64,000 nt of DNA, taken from an uncultured bacterium (GTDB lineage Bacteria > UBP7 > UBA6624). The stretch is from positions 12,703 to 76,702 of the forward strand of contig CAXGSM010000003.1 of NCBI GenBank assembly GCA_964012435.1. Direction: 5' to 3'. The notes beneath the pieces are model-generated. The model ran no database searches. It had not been told where the DNA came from and saw only the letters and a program-made list of their open reading frames with translations. A program made the position numbers and the translations under genes. The stretch's first letter is position 1, and each line of letters opens with the position of its first letter. Shown here in pieces: positions 47,972 through 58,639 of this stretch.

Positions 47972-50776
47972 TTAAGAAATCACCTGTTCAAGATTGTCAA
48001 GCTGTTCCAGGATCTTTCTTGCATCTGGTTCAACTTTTATTCTTAAGCTTTCGTTTTTGATTATCCACTTTTTAGGTATTTTTTTATTTGGTTTTTTCAG
48101 CAGTGTTATTTCAAGAAATTTACCGCTGTATGATGCTTTTTTTATTGGCAGCGATTTGGCTGTTTTGTAAATCATTGAACTTAAGAGAAGATCTTCTACC
48201 GAATCTGTGACTTCATTTTTTTTGTACCATTCAGTTTTAAGATTTTTTAGATCTTGTTCATTTGCATCTTCAAAAATATATGAATAGACTGACAGCTTCT
48301 CTTGTTCTTCATAGGATCCTGGTAGCATTCCAAAAAATGGTATTGCAATTTCTGGATCAGCTTTTGTTTCCGATTTTTTTATGTTAGCGACTGATTCATG
48401 TAGCATTTCAGCAAAAAGCTCTAAACCTAATTGCCAAATATGTCCAGATTGATTTGTTCCTAAAACTTCACCAGCACCGCGAAGCTCAAGGTCAGCTTTT
48501 GCTATAGAGAATCCGGCTCCCAAATCACTATATTGAGCAAGTTTTTTGAGTCTTTCTTCTACTTTTTTTGAAGTTGGAGAACCAGGGGGGGTGAAAAAAC
48601 AAGCTGTACCTTTTTTATCCCTCCTTCCAATCCTGCCTCTTAACTGATGAAGCTGGGCAAGACCTAATCTTGTTGCATCCTCTACGATAATTGTGTTTGC
48701 ATTGTCAAAATCAACTCCATTTTGGATTATTGTTGTTGTTAGAAGTATTGATTTTTCGTTGTTTGTAAATTCAATCATCCGATTTTCTATTGTTTTTGGA
48801 TTTAGTCTTCCGTGAATCGTAATGACATTTTCAAATCGATCATTGAGCCAGGATTCTCGTTTTTTTATTGTGTCTATTTTGTTATGAAGAAAGAAAACTT
48901 TGCCATTTTTTTGCATTTCATTTTCTATAAGTTTTACTGCATCATTTTCATTCCATTTTTTTATTACTGTTTTTATGGGCAGTCTACCCCTTGGAGGGGT
49001 GGTTATTGTTGTTGCATCCTTTAATCCAACCAATGACGTGAATAGGGTTCTTGGGATTGGAGTTGCAGATAATGTCAAAACATCTACATTTTTATTTTTT
49101 AAAGTTATTTTTTCTTTATGTTTGACTCCGAATCTTTGTTCTTCATCGATTATTAGTAATCCAAGTTTTTCAAAATTTATTTTTTCATTAAGTAATGCAT
49201 GTGTTCCGACGATAAAACAGCATGATCCATTTTTTATTTCAGAATAAGCTTTATTCCTTTCTGCTGCTGATGTCATTCTGGACAGATTGAAACATTTGAT
49301 ATCAAAATCTTTCAATCTACGTTTTATTCTTCTGTAATGTTGTTGAACTAGAACTGTAGTTGGTGCCAGCAGTGCAACTTGAAAATTATTCATCAACACT
49401 CTGAATGCTGCCCTTAAGGCAACTTCTGTTTTTCCATAGCCAACATCACCTGCAAGAATCCGATTCATTATTTTTTCTGAAGACATGTCTTGAAATATTT
49501 CATTGAGAGCAAGAAGCTGTTCACTTGTTAATTTATGTGGGAATTTTTTCGAAAAGAGAGATTCAAGTTCAAGATCTTTTTTCCAAAACAACTCCCTCTT
49601 CGCATTTTTTCTAGCGTTGTATAGCTTGAATAAATCTTTTGCAAATTGAAGTGTTTCTTTTTTGGTTTTATGTACTTTTTTCTTCCACTTCTTGCCGCCA
49701 AGTTTGTCAAGTTTTTTTACTTGAGGGCCTATGTATCTTTGTATTCTAGTTAGCAGCATTATTGGAACAAGTATTTCATCCGATCCATCAAAAACTAATC
49801 TCAAGAATTCTTTTTTCTTGCCTGAAACCGTTGCTATTTTTAATCCTCCAAATTTACAAATACCATGATCTTTATGGACAAGATGATCACCAATTTGCAA
49901 ATTGTCTAAAGAGAATATTCTTTTTTTTGTTTTCTGGCTTGAAGGCTTCGGTGAAACCCATATTTTTAAATCTTCCCAATATTCATGTGATGTTAAGTTT
50001 GTATCCCACTCTCTACCCCAGCCACATTGAATCAGGTCCACTCCTTTTTCTGCCAGGAAATTTTTCCATTTTTCTTCTTCACCAACATTAGAAAAGATGT
50101 TATCACTATAAGTGATTCTGAATATGTCTTCTGTGTTAGGGAAGCCAGTAATTCTAGTTATTTTTAAATCTTTTGGAAGGTTTGCTTTATCTTGGATTTC
50201 TCCATCTCTATACAGCCACCAATGTCCTAAATTTGCATAATCTTCTTCAAGTATATTGTCACCTTCAACCAAAGGGGTTATTGCAATTTCTTTATATCTA
50301 GGATCATCCAAGGTTTCTCCAAAAAGCTCAATATCAATAGGTCCTTGTTCATTTGGTGTAAATATATAAAGGCGATCTCCAGACATAAACCATTCTCCGA
50401 CCGCCTCTGGTTTGTAGGATTTTCTGGTGTATCCAATCAGATCAAGGTATTCTTTGAGCGAGTGTTTTTTATGAATTTTTTGACCACTCTTCCAAAGGAT
50501 ATCTTGTTTTGATTTTTTATTTATTTTTATGATTTCTTTATATGTCAGTATCAAAATTCCTTTATTCTTAACAGGAAGGCAATTCTCTTTTATAGGTCTA
50601 TATGATTTTTTAAATATTTTTTGAAAAACTCTTAAATCACTCTCAGGAACAACAAGGACAGATTTTTTTTGTTTTGCAAGTATTATTGCTGAAAGAAGAA
50701 GGGGAGATGGTGAGCCAAACGATTGCGGAAGGTCGATTTTTTTTAATTTACTTGCTAGTTTTTTTGGTAATTTCAA
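47972..50776 (-). CDS. mfd: Transcription-repair coupling factor Mfd (compact, 934 aa)
   Basis: GDVGYGKTEVALRAAF Walker A, LLIIDEEQRFG DEAH box, helicase C motifs, C-terminal TRCF domain. Confidence 0.9.
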   Translation of the reverse strand: MKLPKKLASKLKKIDLPQSFGSPSPLLLSAIILAKQKKSVLVVPESDLRVFQKIFKKSYRPIKENCLPVKNKGILILTYKEIIKINKKSKQDILWKSGQKIHKKHSLKEYLDLIGYTRKSYKPEAVGEWFMSGDRLYIFTPNEQGPIDIELFGETLDDPRYKEIAITPLVEGDNILEEDYANLGHWWLYRDGEIQDKANLPKDLKITRITGFPNTEDIFRITYSDNIFSNVGEEEKWKNFLAEKGVDLIQCGWGREWDTNLTSHEYWEDLKIWVSPKPSSQKTKKRIFSLDNLQIGDHLVHKDHGICKFGGLKIATVSGKKKEFLRLVFDGSDEILVPIMLLTRIQRYIGPQVKKLDKLGGKKWKKKVHKTKKETLQFAKDLFKLYNARKNAKRELFWKKDLELESLFSKKFPHKLTSEQLLALNEIFQDMSSEKIMNRILAGDVGYGKTEVALRAAFRVLMNNFQVALLAPTTVLVQQHYRRIKRRLKDFDIKCFNLSRMTSAAERNKAYSEIKNGSCCFIVGTHALLNEKINFEKLGLLIIDEEQRFGVKHKEKITLKNKNVDVLTLSATPIPRTLFTSLVGLKDATTITTPPRGRLPIKTVIKKWNENDAVKLIENEMQKNGKVFFLHNKIDTIKKRESWLNDRFENVITIHGRLNPKTIENRMIEFTNNEKSILLTTTIIQNGVDFDNANTIIVEDATRLGLAQLHQLRGRIGRRDKKGTACFFTPPGSPTSKKVEERLKKLAQYSDLGAGFSIAKADLELRGAGEVLGTNQSGHIWQLGLELFAEMLHESVANIKKSETKADPEIAIPFFGMLPGSYEEQEKLSVYSYIFEDANEQDLKNLKTEWYKKNEVTDSVEDLLLSSMIYKTAKSLPIKKASYSGKFLEITLLKKPNKKIPKKWIIKNESLRIKVEPDARKILEQLDNLEQVIS

Positions 50777-52755
50777 TTTTGATTTTCTATTTGAAAAATT
50801 AATACTCTATTTGTCCCAGGGTTTGTAACGGCTATAAAATTTTGATCATCTGAAACTGTTACACCAAAAGGGTTATCAAAAAGCCTTGAGCCGAACTGTT
50901 CGTTTCCATACATGATTCTTAACACTTGGTTTTCATCCCACGCTTGAATTCGAGAGTTGCCTGTGTCTGAAACAAACAGCCAACCATTATTGAAAGTAAT
51001 CCCATGTGGCGCTAAAAGCTCTGCGGGGCCAACGCCATTTAAGCCAATTTTTTTGACCTCACCACCATCAGAGTTATAGCCAATAATTGAACCAATTGCT
51101 TCATCAGGAACCCATAAAAGATTTTCATTTCCCCATTCGATATCTGTTGGTTGGGCAAATGGGGTGGATATCTTTTTGTTTAATACAAATTGTTTTGTTT
51201 TTTCCTCTAGTTTTTTAGTTTCTGTATTCATGATTTGCATTTTTGCTTTGCTTCCATCTTCATTAAGCAGCACAGCAGTAGATCTTTTTTTATCTATTGC
51301 CCAAATTCCCATTGGGCTTGATGTTAAGCCTTCAATTTTATTGACACCTTTTGACCATTCGACCAATTCATTGTCTTCTACTTTGTATATGAGATCTTTT
51401 CTAACATCTGAAATATAAAGTTGATCATTGTGAATTGTTATATGTTTTGGTTCTAGCAGCGATCCTTTTAATCTGCTTACTACATTTCCATCCCAATCAA
51501 AATTAATCACCTCTCCATCGTTGTTGTAATGTACAGAAACCCAAAAACCATTTTTATGGGTAGCTATACCTGTAGGAAAGCCTATTTTGCCTTCACTGTA
51601 TAGTGGTTTTTCATGTATTAGCTTTAAAGTCTTGTCAACTGATTTTGGATTTGAGTTAGGTGGAAGTCTGGATAAATTTCTATCTTTCCATCTTTGTTTT
51701 AATGTCATGATTGCATTTGAGTTGCTGAATTGAATTGACGCTCTTGCTGCAGCCTGCAAAGCTCCTCCAGTTCCACCCATGTCAAGAAAGCTTTTCATCA
51801 TTGATTGCCTTAGTTTTTCATTCCCTTGTGCTTCAGCAATTTTTCCTAGGTAATACATTGCATCACCATTTTGAGGGTTAATTGACAGTGAGTTCCTGAA
51901 TGCAATTTCTGCATTTTCATAATCACCTTTGAAAAATAGTATCTTGCCTATGTTGTCCTGTATTATCGGATCATTGTTGGCATTTTTTATATCTGAAAGA
52001 AGCTCTACAGCAGCATCAAGGTTATCTTGATTTCTGTATATCGATAAAAGACTTCTGTATGCGGGTAAAAAAGTTGGCTCTAATTCAATCAAATTTTTCA
52101 AATGAACAAGCCCATATCCGTACCATTTATTATCTAGATATCTGTTTGCCCATGCGAATTCTTCCATTGCATCTTTAGTTCTTGGGATTTGATTTTCTGT
52201 CCATTCGATTTCACCATCCACCCCAAGATCTTTCACTAGTTTTTCTGTTGTTTTCGATATCAGTTGATACATATCTTCAATCTCAGATGACTCTTCAATA
52301 ATTTTTTTCTTTTGGTCGTCTTCAAATACATATATTGTTAATTTGACCTTATTATCTTCAGTGGTGTATTCTCCAAGATAAAATTTATCTATATCCAGGA
52401 TTTCATTCAAGATTCGAACTTCTTGCAGTTCGGGTAATCCTTTTAACAATCTAGCATGAGTGCCAATACTTGTTCCAAGCCAATGAGGGCTTGCAAAGCC
52501 CCATTCAAGTTCTTTTGGCTGTATCCTCCACTGAAGTCCAAATGTTGCAATATCGCCAATCCATAAATCCTCTTCTTCGACTTCCACTGGTGAAAATCCA
52601 TAAAATCCAAATACCGGTATTGCATCTCTTTGTTCCTGCATGGCATCCATTGTGACCTGCATTTTTTCCAAAGGGTTTTCTTCTTCTACAAAAATGTTTG
52701 TACATGATGCAAAAAATAAAACAAGCAATAATGACAATATGTTTTTTATTTTCAT
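50773..52755 (-). CDS. Lipoprotein with TPR repeats and C-terminal NHL-repeat beta-propeller
   Basis: Lipobox FFASC; TPR-like helical repeats mid-protein; NHL-like repeats in the C-terminal 280 aa. Confidence 0.55.
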   Translation of the reverse strand: MKIKNILSLLLVLFFASCTNIFVEEENPLEKMQVTMDAMQEQRDAIPVFGFYGFSPVEVEEEDLWIGDIATFGLQWRIQPKELEWGFASPHWLGTSIGTHARLLKGLPELQEVRILNEILDIDKFYLGEYTTEDNKVKLTIYVFEDDQKKKIIEESSEIEDMYQLISKTTEKLVKDLGVDGEIEWTENQIPRTKDAMEEFAWANRYLDNKWYGYGLVHLKNLIELEPTFLPAYRSLLSIYRNQDNLDAAVELLSDIKNANNDPIIQDNIGKILFFKGDYENAEIAFRNSLSINPQNGDAMYYLGKIAEAQGNEKLRQSMMKSFLDMGGTGGALQAAARASIQFSNSNAIMTLKQRWKDRNLSRLPPNSNPKSVDKTLKLIHEKPLYSEGKIGFPTGIATHKNGFWVSVHYNNDGEVINFDWDGNVVSRLKGSLLEPKHITIHNDQLYISDVRKDLIYKVEDNELVEWSKGVNKIEGLTSSPMGIWAIDKKRSTAVLLNEDGSKAKMQIMNTETKKLEEKTKQFVLNKKISTPFAQPTDIEWGNENLLWVPDEAIGSIIGYNSDGGEVKKIGLNGVGPAELLAPHGITFNNGWLFVSDTGNSRIQAWDENQVLRIMYGNEQFGSRLFDNPFGVTVSDDQNFIAVTNPGTNRVLIFQIENQN

Positions 52756-52850
52756 TGTTTTCTAATTGTAATTCTTTCTCCATTTGTTGGGGTTTCTTTT
52801 TTGGTGCTTTTTTTCAGAGGGTAAAGATTTATAATTTTGTTTAAGTATTT

Positions 52851-53870
52851 TTGAAAAATTTATATTATGCAATCTGCCTTTTCGGATTAGTTTTTTTTCT
52901 TTTCTTTGGGCCAACTGGTGCTTCTGGAAGTTATGTTCTTTGGAAGCCAGCCAACAATCAGGCTTCATTCAAGCCATATTCAATTCTGGCAAAACTTCAA
53001 GATCAAAATGTTATCAGGCATCCAATTGCTATTAAGCTGATTTGGTTTTTTAACAAAGGTGACAAAAGGGTTCATGCCGGACCACTTTTTTTAGATGGAA
53101 CTGAATGGGCTTGGGATATTGCCAAGAAGCTGGAGGTTTATAGACCGTATCATAAAGAAATTATGATTTATGAAGGCAAATCACTTGTTTCTTCATATAA
53201 AGATTTATGTGACTTGATTTTTGAAGGCCATGATTTTTGCAATAAAAAAGATTTTTATGATTTTTATTCAGGTTATGTTTTAGGAAATACCTATCAGCTT
53301 GACCTGATGGATGCTTTTGCTGTGAATGAACCTGATTTAAACTTGTTTGAACTTTATCAAAAAAGGTTTTTGAGGATTATCAATCCCATCTTTTCCTACT
53401 CAGTTGCCATTGCCGAAAGTAAAGATATACCTGCTGGCGAAATGAATCGAATTTTCACCATAGCTTCAATAATTGAATCAGAAAGTAAAGTTGATAGAGA
53501 AAAAAAAATCATCTCTGGCGTTATCCAGAATCGAATTGATAAAAATATGAAATTTGAAATGGATGCAACAGTTATTTTTTGCTTTGAGCTTTCTTTGGAT
53601 TCTAGTTTTTTGACCACAGAAAGACCCGATAGATTGTTTTACAAGGATTTAGAAATAGATTGCGAATACAACACCTATAAAAATCCTGGATTGCCTCCTG
53701 GACCAATATCTGCGCCTGGTTTAGTGGCTCTTGATGCTGCAATAAATCCTTCAAGTCATAATTATTATTTTTACGTCCTTGAGCAAGATGGATTGCATCA
53801 TTACTTTTCGGAAACTTACGATGAGCATCTAGGTTATATAAAATTACTAAGGGGGATTTATTCAGAATGA
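52851..53870 (+). CDS. mltG: Endolytic murein transglycosylase MltG (YceG family)
   Basis: YNTYKNPGLPPGPISAPGLVALDAA conserved YceG motif; N-terminal membrane anchor. Confidence 0.85.
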   Translation: MKNLYYAICLFGLVFFLFFGPTGASGSYVLWKPANNQASFKPYSILAKLQDQNVIRHPIAIKLIWFFNKGDKRVHAGPLFLDGTEWAWDIAKKLEVYRPYHKEIMIYEGKSLVSSYKDLCDLIFEGHDFCNKKDFYDFYSGYVLGNTYQLDLMDAFAVNEPDLNLFELYQKRFLRIINPIFSYSVAIAESKDIPAGEMNRIFTIASIIESESKVDREKKIISGVIQNRIDKNMKFEMDATVIFCFELSLDSSFLTTERPDRLFYKDLEIDCEYNTYKNPGLPPGPISAPGLVALDAAINPSSHNYYFYVLEQDGLHHYFSETYDEHLGYIKLLRGIYSE

Positions 53871-54346
53871 TTTCAAAACCAATATTTTTTTCACAAAATG
53901 TTGAAAGTATCAAGTTGGAGCAGTTGAAAAAATACAAAGCTGTTTTGATAGATGTTGATAACACTTTGACAAAACATCATGAAAAGAAATTGACTAAAGA
54001 AAAAAAACATTGGATTAAAAATCTGACAAAGAGTGGAAAAAGGATTGCCCTTGCATCCAATACTTCAAAATCAAGAGCAAAAAATTTATCTATAAAATTT
54101 GATATGGATGTTTTTGTTGCTTATAAACCTTTCCCTTTTGCCATTAAAAATTGGATGATAGAAAATGGATTCAAAAAAGATGAAGTTGTGATGATAGGAG
54201 ATCAAATTTTTACCGATCACCTTGCGGCAATTTTTGCTAATATAGACTCTGTTTTGGTAAAGCCGATAACCAATAGAGACTTTATCGTGACTAGGCTAAT
54301 CTCTAGAAGGTTAGAAAAAATAATTTACAATCTATGGTCGAAATGA
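53867..54346 (+). CDS. yqeG: YqeG-family HAD phosphatase (subfamily IIIA)
   Basis: VLIDVDNTLT DxDxT motif; MIGDQIFTD. Confidence 0.75.
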   Translation: MISKPIFFSQNVESIKLEQLKKYKAVLIDVDNTLTKHHEKKLTKEKKHWIKNLTKSGKRIALASNTSKSRAKNLSIKFDMDVFVAYKPFPFAIKNWMIENGFKKDEVVMIGDQIFTDHLAAIFANIDSVLVKPITNRDFIVTRLISRRLEKIIYNLWSK

Positions 54347-55170
54347 TAATTGATGGAAAAAATATTTCTTCACTCGTTAGAGCGGAGGTTAAAGAAAGAA
54401 TTTCTTCCATCAATAGAGAGGTTACATTGGCGGTTCTTCTCGTTGGCGACGATCCTGCTAGTTCGATTTATGTGAAAGCAAAAGAAAAAGCTGCTGCCGA
54501 AGTGGGTATTAACTCTCTTGTAAAGCGGGTTTCTGCTGAATCAACTCAAAAAGAGATTAATCAAATTATTGAATCCTGGGGAAATGATTCATTGATCGAT
54601 GGCATTTTAGTTCAATTGCCACTTCCTTCTCATTTGGACTCTGATGAATTGATTAGAAAAATTCCATCACACAAGGATGTTGATGGTTTAACTCCAGCCA
54701 GCCTTGGGGAGTTAGTTAGAGGCGAAAACATGATTGCATCCTGTACGCCAAAAGGATGCATGAGGCTTTTGGAGGAAGTCGGATGTGATCTCAATGGCAA
54801 AAACGCAATAGTTGTTGGAAGGAGCATTCTTGTTGGCTTTCCTATGGCAATTTTATTAACTCATGCTAATGCCACCGTAACCCTTGCTCATAGCAGGACT
54901 GAAAAATTAAAAGATAAAATAAAAAAATCTGACATTGTTGTTGCAGCAACAGGGATTCCAAATTTGATAAAAGGAAACTGGATTAAAAAAGATGCTTATG
55001 TTCTTGATGTTGGAATTACAAGAACTGAAAATGGTTTATGTGGGGATGTTGAATATAAACAAGCTTGCCATTTTGCTAAAGCAATAACACCAGTTCCAGG
55101 AGGCGTTGGACCCATGACTGTGGCCATGCTTTTGGAAAACGTATCCATTTTAGCATCTCTTAAAAAGTGA
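54334..55170 (+). CDS. folD: Bifunctional methylenetetrahydrofolate dehydrogenase/cyclohydrolase
   Basis: IDGKNIS...LAVLLVGDDPASSIYVKAK, VVGRSILVGFPMA, PVPGGVGPMTVAML motifs. Confidence 0.92.
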   Translation: MVEMIIDGKNISSLVRAEVKERISSINREVTLAVLLVGDDPASSIYVKAKEKAAAEVGINSLVKRVSAESTQKEINQIIESWGNDSLIDGILVQLPLPSHLDSDELIRKIPSHKDVDGLTPASLGELVRGENMIASCTPKGCMRLLEEVGCDLNGKNAIVVGRSILVGFPMAILLTHANATVTLAHSRTEKLKDKIKKSDIVVAATGIPNLIKGNWIKKDAYVLDVGITRTENGLCGDVEYKQACHFAKAITPVPGGVGPMTVAMLLENVSILASLKK

Positions 55171-56519
55171 ATTTTTTATTTCTTTTACAAGGTTTTCTTT
55201 TTTTAATTTTCCCTGAATTTTCTTCTGAAGAACTTGTTTATTTTCCTAATGGCTCAATAGAGGCAAGAGGGGGTGTCAGATTTCAGTCAGATGATTTTTT
55301 GTTTTCATCCGAATCAATCACCTTCAACAAAGAGGCTTCATCTTTTTATTCGGAATCCATGGTTGAAGCAAGATCCGGAAACCTTGTTTTTATTCTTGAT
55401 GGAATTTATGGTGAGTTTAATGCTCAGAAAGAAGTGATTGAAAACTTAACATCAAAAAAATTCACATTAAAAATAAATTCAGAAGAAAAATTTTCTTCTA
55501 ATTGGAATTTTTCTGGTAATGATTTTATTTACAGTGATGGATTGTGGAATTTTAAAAATATTAGTTTTGGGAATTGGGAGCCTGTATCAGATTCAGGGCT
55601 ATTGATCAAAGCTGCAAAATGCACACTTGAAAAGGTTACTTTTGATTTATATAGATTGAATTTTGAAAATGTTGATTTCCATATACTTTCAAAAAAGATT
55701 TTCTCACTAGATTCCTTGCAAAGAGAATTTCGATCAAACGAAGATTTTGGAAATATATTGAGTCTTGCTCCGGTCATTCAAAATCATCCAGATGAAGGGA
55801 GTATGCTAGGTTTAAGTTTGCAAGATTTTGGAGTTTTTGGAGGTTTCTTATCTGGTTATTTGAGTTTATCGGAGTCTGGAAAAAGCGAATTGTTTCTTGA
55901 TGGAAAATTACAATTACAAAAAGATTCTTATTTCTCATTGGGTTTAGGTTCTGTTTTTGAAGTTGCTAAAGACGGACAAGGTTATTGGGTTTCTTCGTCC
56001 CCATCTTATAGTTTTAATAGGTCGTTTAGAAGGAAAAATGAAGAAATTAATGTGGAATTTAGTGCAGGCAGGTTTTCATTGAATGATGGAAATCTTTTTC
56101 ATGCTACTGGAAGCAGTGCAACATACAAAAAAACATTTGATAATTTTGTTTTGAGATTGGGCTTTTCAAGATTTAAAAGCAATCAGTCTGCTTATGAATC
56201 CCTTAATGGAAGTGTCTCTTTTCCGTTGGAACTTTCAAAAGGCTCAATTCTTTTGGGATTTGGAAGCAGAGAAGTCAGCGGTCTGCATCCAATACCATCT
56301 AGACAGAGATCTTCTTGGAGCGGGCCTGTTTTAAATTCGATTGTTAATTTTTCGGAAAATTGGGCTTTTAGAACAAGTTCTGAGTGGGATATTAATGATG
56401 ATACATTTATCAATAATCAAATATCTTTAATAAGGTCTTTTAATGGTTTAGGTTTGAGTTTGATTTTTGATACCAAGCAGAAATTGACATCTTTTTCGAT
56501 TGAACTTTTATCCTTCTGA
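55167..56519 (+). CDS. Hypothetical secreted protein, possible outer-membrane beta-barrel
   Basis: Signal peptide; alternating hydrophobic beta pattern; C-terminal ...IELLSF aromatic terminus. Confidence 0.45.
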   Translation: MNFLFLLQGFLFLIFPEFSSEELVYFPNGSIEARGGVRFQSDDFLFSSESITFNKEASSFYSESMVEARSGNLVFILDGIYGEFNAQKEVIENLTSKKFTLKINSEEKFSSNWNFSGNDFIYSDGLWNFKNISFGNWEPVSDSGLLIKAAKCTLEKVTFDLYRLNFENVDFHILSKKIFSLDSLQREFRSNEDFGNILSLAPVIQNHPDEGSMLGLSLQDFGVFGGFLSGYLSLSESGKSELFLDGKLQLQKDSYFSLGLGSVFEVAKDGQGYWVSSSPSYSFNRSFRRKNEEINVEFSAGRFSLNDGNLFHATGSSATYKKTFDNFVLRLGFSRFKSNQSAYESLNGSVSFPLELSKGSILLGFGSREVSGLHPIPSRQRSSWSGPVLNSIVNFSENWAFRTSSEWDINDDTFINNQISLIRSFNGLGLSLIFDTKQKLTSFSIELLSF

Positions 56520-57248
56520 TATTTTTGGCTTTTCACCTATTAACAATATTGCACCCATAGGAAAAAGTTCTTTTGAGTATGTTACTTTAAGACCTGATTT
56601 TTCCATTATTTTTTTCATCATCTCCAATCTCGGAAAGGTTTTAACAGAGTCTTTAAGGTAAACATAAGCACTTTTTGGAGCTCTAAAGAATTTTGCAAAA
56701 ACAGGCATTATTAACATCCATAAGTTGAATATCATTCTTGATAATGGATTCTCTGGCTCCGCAGTCTCCAAGCATCCCCACCTTCCACCTGGCTTCAAGC
56801 ATTTGACATGATTTTTAACTGTTTCTTTTATATTGGGGATGTTCCTAATTCCAAAACTGATTGTTATAGCATCAAGATTATTTATTTTTGGATTTGATGC
56901 ATCATCTGTGAAAAATTTGATATCATTTTTTTGATTAAGGGATCTTTTTTTTGCAATTTTTAACATGTTCAAAGATAGATCGCTAGCAAAAACTTCAGCT
57001 TTTTTTCTAGAGATAAGAATAGCTATATCTCCTGTCCCTGTTGCTGTGTCAAGAATTCTCTCTCCTTCTTTTGGGTTTATTTTTTCTGCAAGTTGTTTTT
57101 GCCATTTTTTATAAAGGCCAAATGTGATTACGTTATTCATAAGATCGTATTTTGGTGCTAATTCTTCAAACATTTCAATCGAATGGTCACTTTCCATGTT
57201 CGTTATCTTATTAAAAATATTAGAATTTATTAAATAATTATCATGCAA
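56508..57248 (-). CDS. ubiE: Demethylmenaquinone/ubiquinone C-methyltransferase
   Basis: YDLMNNVITFGLYKKWQ and ILDTATGTGD SAM motifs. Confidence 0.85.
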   Translation of the reverse strand: MHDNYLINSNIFNKITNMESDHSIEMFEELAPKYDLMNNVITFGLYKKWQKQLAEKINPKEGERILDTATGTGDIAILISRKKAEVFASDLSLNMLKIAKKRSLNQKNDIKFFTDDASNPKINNLDAITISFGIRNIPNIKETVKNHVKCLKPGGRWGCLETAEPENPLSRMIFNLWMLIMPVFAKFFRAPKSAYVYLKDSVKTFPRLEMMKKIMEKSGLKVTYSKELFPMGAILLIGEKPKISEG

Positions 57249-57776
57249 GATAAAGAAACAAGTCGAAGAGGTTTCATAGGTCTTTTAGTTATAGCCTATT
57301 CATCAATCGCCCTTTATATAGGAGGTGCTTTAGTTTCTTTTCTAAGATTTTTGTTTCCTTATGCAATTTACGAACCCCCGCAGAAGTTTAAAGTTGGAAA
57401 ACCTGAAGATTATCCCATTGGAACAATAACTTTAATAACAGGTAGGGGTTTGTGGATTGGAAGTTATTCAGAGGGGTTTGCAGGCCTTATTGCAAAATGC
57501 ACTCATCTTGGCTGTAAGCCAAACTGGTTCCCTCTTAAGGATGGACCACTTGGGCAAGGTATTTTTGAGTGTCCATGTCATGGTAGCAAATATGACAAAT
57601 ATGCTAGAAATTTTGCTGGTCCAGCTCCGTTTCCATTAAGGAGAGCAAAATTATCACTTGCTCCAGATGGAAGATTGGAAGTTGATAAAACTGAAGTCCT
57701 TGAACCAAAGGTCAAAATGCAAGATGGCATTGAGATTGATGAAACAAAAATGGAGGATTTTTTTCTTAAGATTTAA
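57243..57776 (+). CDS. Rieske [2Fe-2S] iron-sulfur subunit of a cytochrome bc-type complex
   Basis: CTHLGCKP and CPCHGSKY Rieske boxes; N-terminal TM anchor with twin-Arg-like SRRGF. Confidence 0.85.
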   Translation: MQDKETSRRGFIGLLVIAYSSIALYIGGALVSFLRFLFPYAIYEPPQKFKVGKPEDYPIGTITLITGRGLWIGSYSEGFAGLIAKCTHLGCKPNWFPLKDGPLGQGIFECPCHGSKYDKYARNFAGPAPFPLRRAKLSLAPDGRLEVDKTEVLEPKVKMQDGIEIDETKMEDFFLKI

Positions 57777-58636
57777 TGCGCAAAAATAAGATTAATTTAC
57801 CGGATCCTTTAGAGGTCATTAACAACATAGTTGTTTCTGTTTTAAGTTTTTTAAGTAAATCAAAACTCGGAAGCTCTTGGAAAAAATTTTTAGAGTGGCT
57901 TGTAGATACTGAAGTTTATCGAGGTGCCTATACTGTGAGAAGTCCTTTGGACAGTGTAGGCAAGAGAACAACTGTTATGAAAGATAGTTTATTCTTACAT
58001 TTTTGGCCTGTCAAAACTCATAGAAACGATTTGAGGATTAGTTATCACTTAGGGATGGGCTTAGCAACAACATGGTTATTTGTTATATTGACTATAACTG
58101 GTGTTTTGTTGATGTTCTATTATCGTCCAAGTGTTCCCCAGGCTTATTACGATATGGTCGACATAAGGGAAGGTGTTTATCCATTTGGAATGTTTTTGAG
58201 GAATATGCATCGTTGGGCTGCGCATGGTATGGTTTTGTTTACGATTATCCACATGTGGAGGGTTTTTAATACTGGCTCATACAAACCACCTAGGCAATTA
58301 AATTGGATTCTTGGTGTTATATTGTTGGTTTTAACTCTTCTGTTGTCTTTTACTGGTTATCTTTTGCCCTGGGATCAATTGTCATTATGGGCTATTACTG
58401 TTGGTCAGCAAATGGGTGCAAATGCTCCAATACTTGGTCATTTAGGTCCATTTGCACAGGTTACAAATCTACAAGATGCTGCTTTTGGTCTTGTTGGCGG
58501 TACTGAAATAGGTCCGGCTGGATTAATTCGTTTCTACGTGTTACATGTTTTCTTTTTGCCATTTGTAACAACAATATTAATAGCTTATCACTTCTGGAGA
58601 GTTAGGAAAGATGGTTACTCTTTCCCGCAAACGTAA
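57776..58636 (+). CDS. Cytochrome b6-like (N-terminal half of split cytochrome b)
   Basis: Four TM helices with heme-ligand His pairs (NMHRWAAHG...IIHMWR and YVLHVFF...AYHFWR). Confidence 0.85.
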   Translation: MRKNKINLPDPLEVINNIVVSVLSFLSKSKLGSSWKKFLEWLVDTEVYRGAYTVRSPLDSVGKRTTVMKDSLFLHFWPVKTHRNDLRISYHLGMGLATTWLFVILTITGVLLMFYYRPSVPQAYYDMVDIREGVYPFGMFLRNMHRWAAHGMVLFTIIHMWRVFNTGSYKPPRQLNWILGVILLVLTLLLSFTGYLLPWDQLSLWAITVGQQMGANAPILGHLGPFAQVTNLQDAAFGLVGGTEIGPAGLIRFYVLHVFFLPFVTTILIAYHFWRVRKDGYSFPQT

Positions 58637-58639
58637 ATT

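Noticed and set aside
48812-49247. Two plus-strand ORFs inside mfd
   Set aside because: Antisense to helicase motifs; hydrophobic low-complexity; spurious.
58072-58506. Alternative-frame ORFs 58072-58269 and 58303-58506 within the cytochrome b gene
   Set aside because: Cys/Trp-rich translations produced by the out-of-frame reading of a conserved membrane protein gene; spurious.
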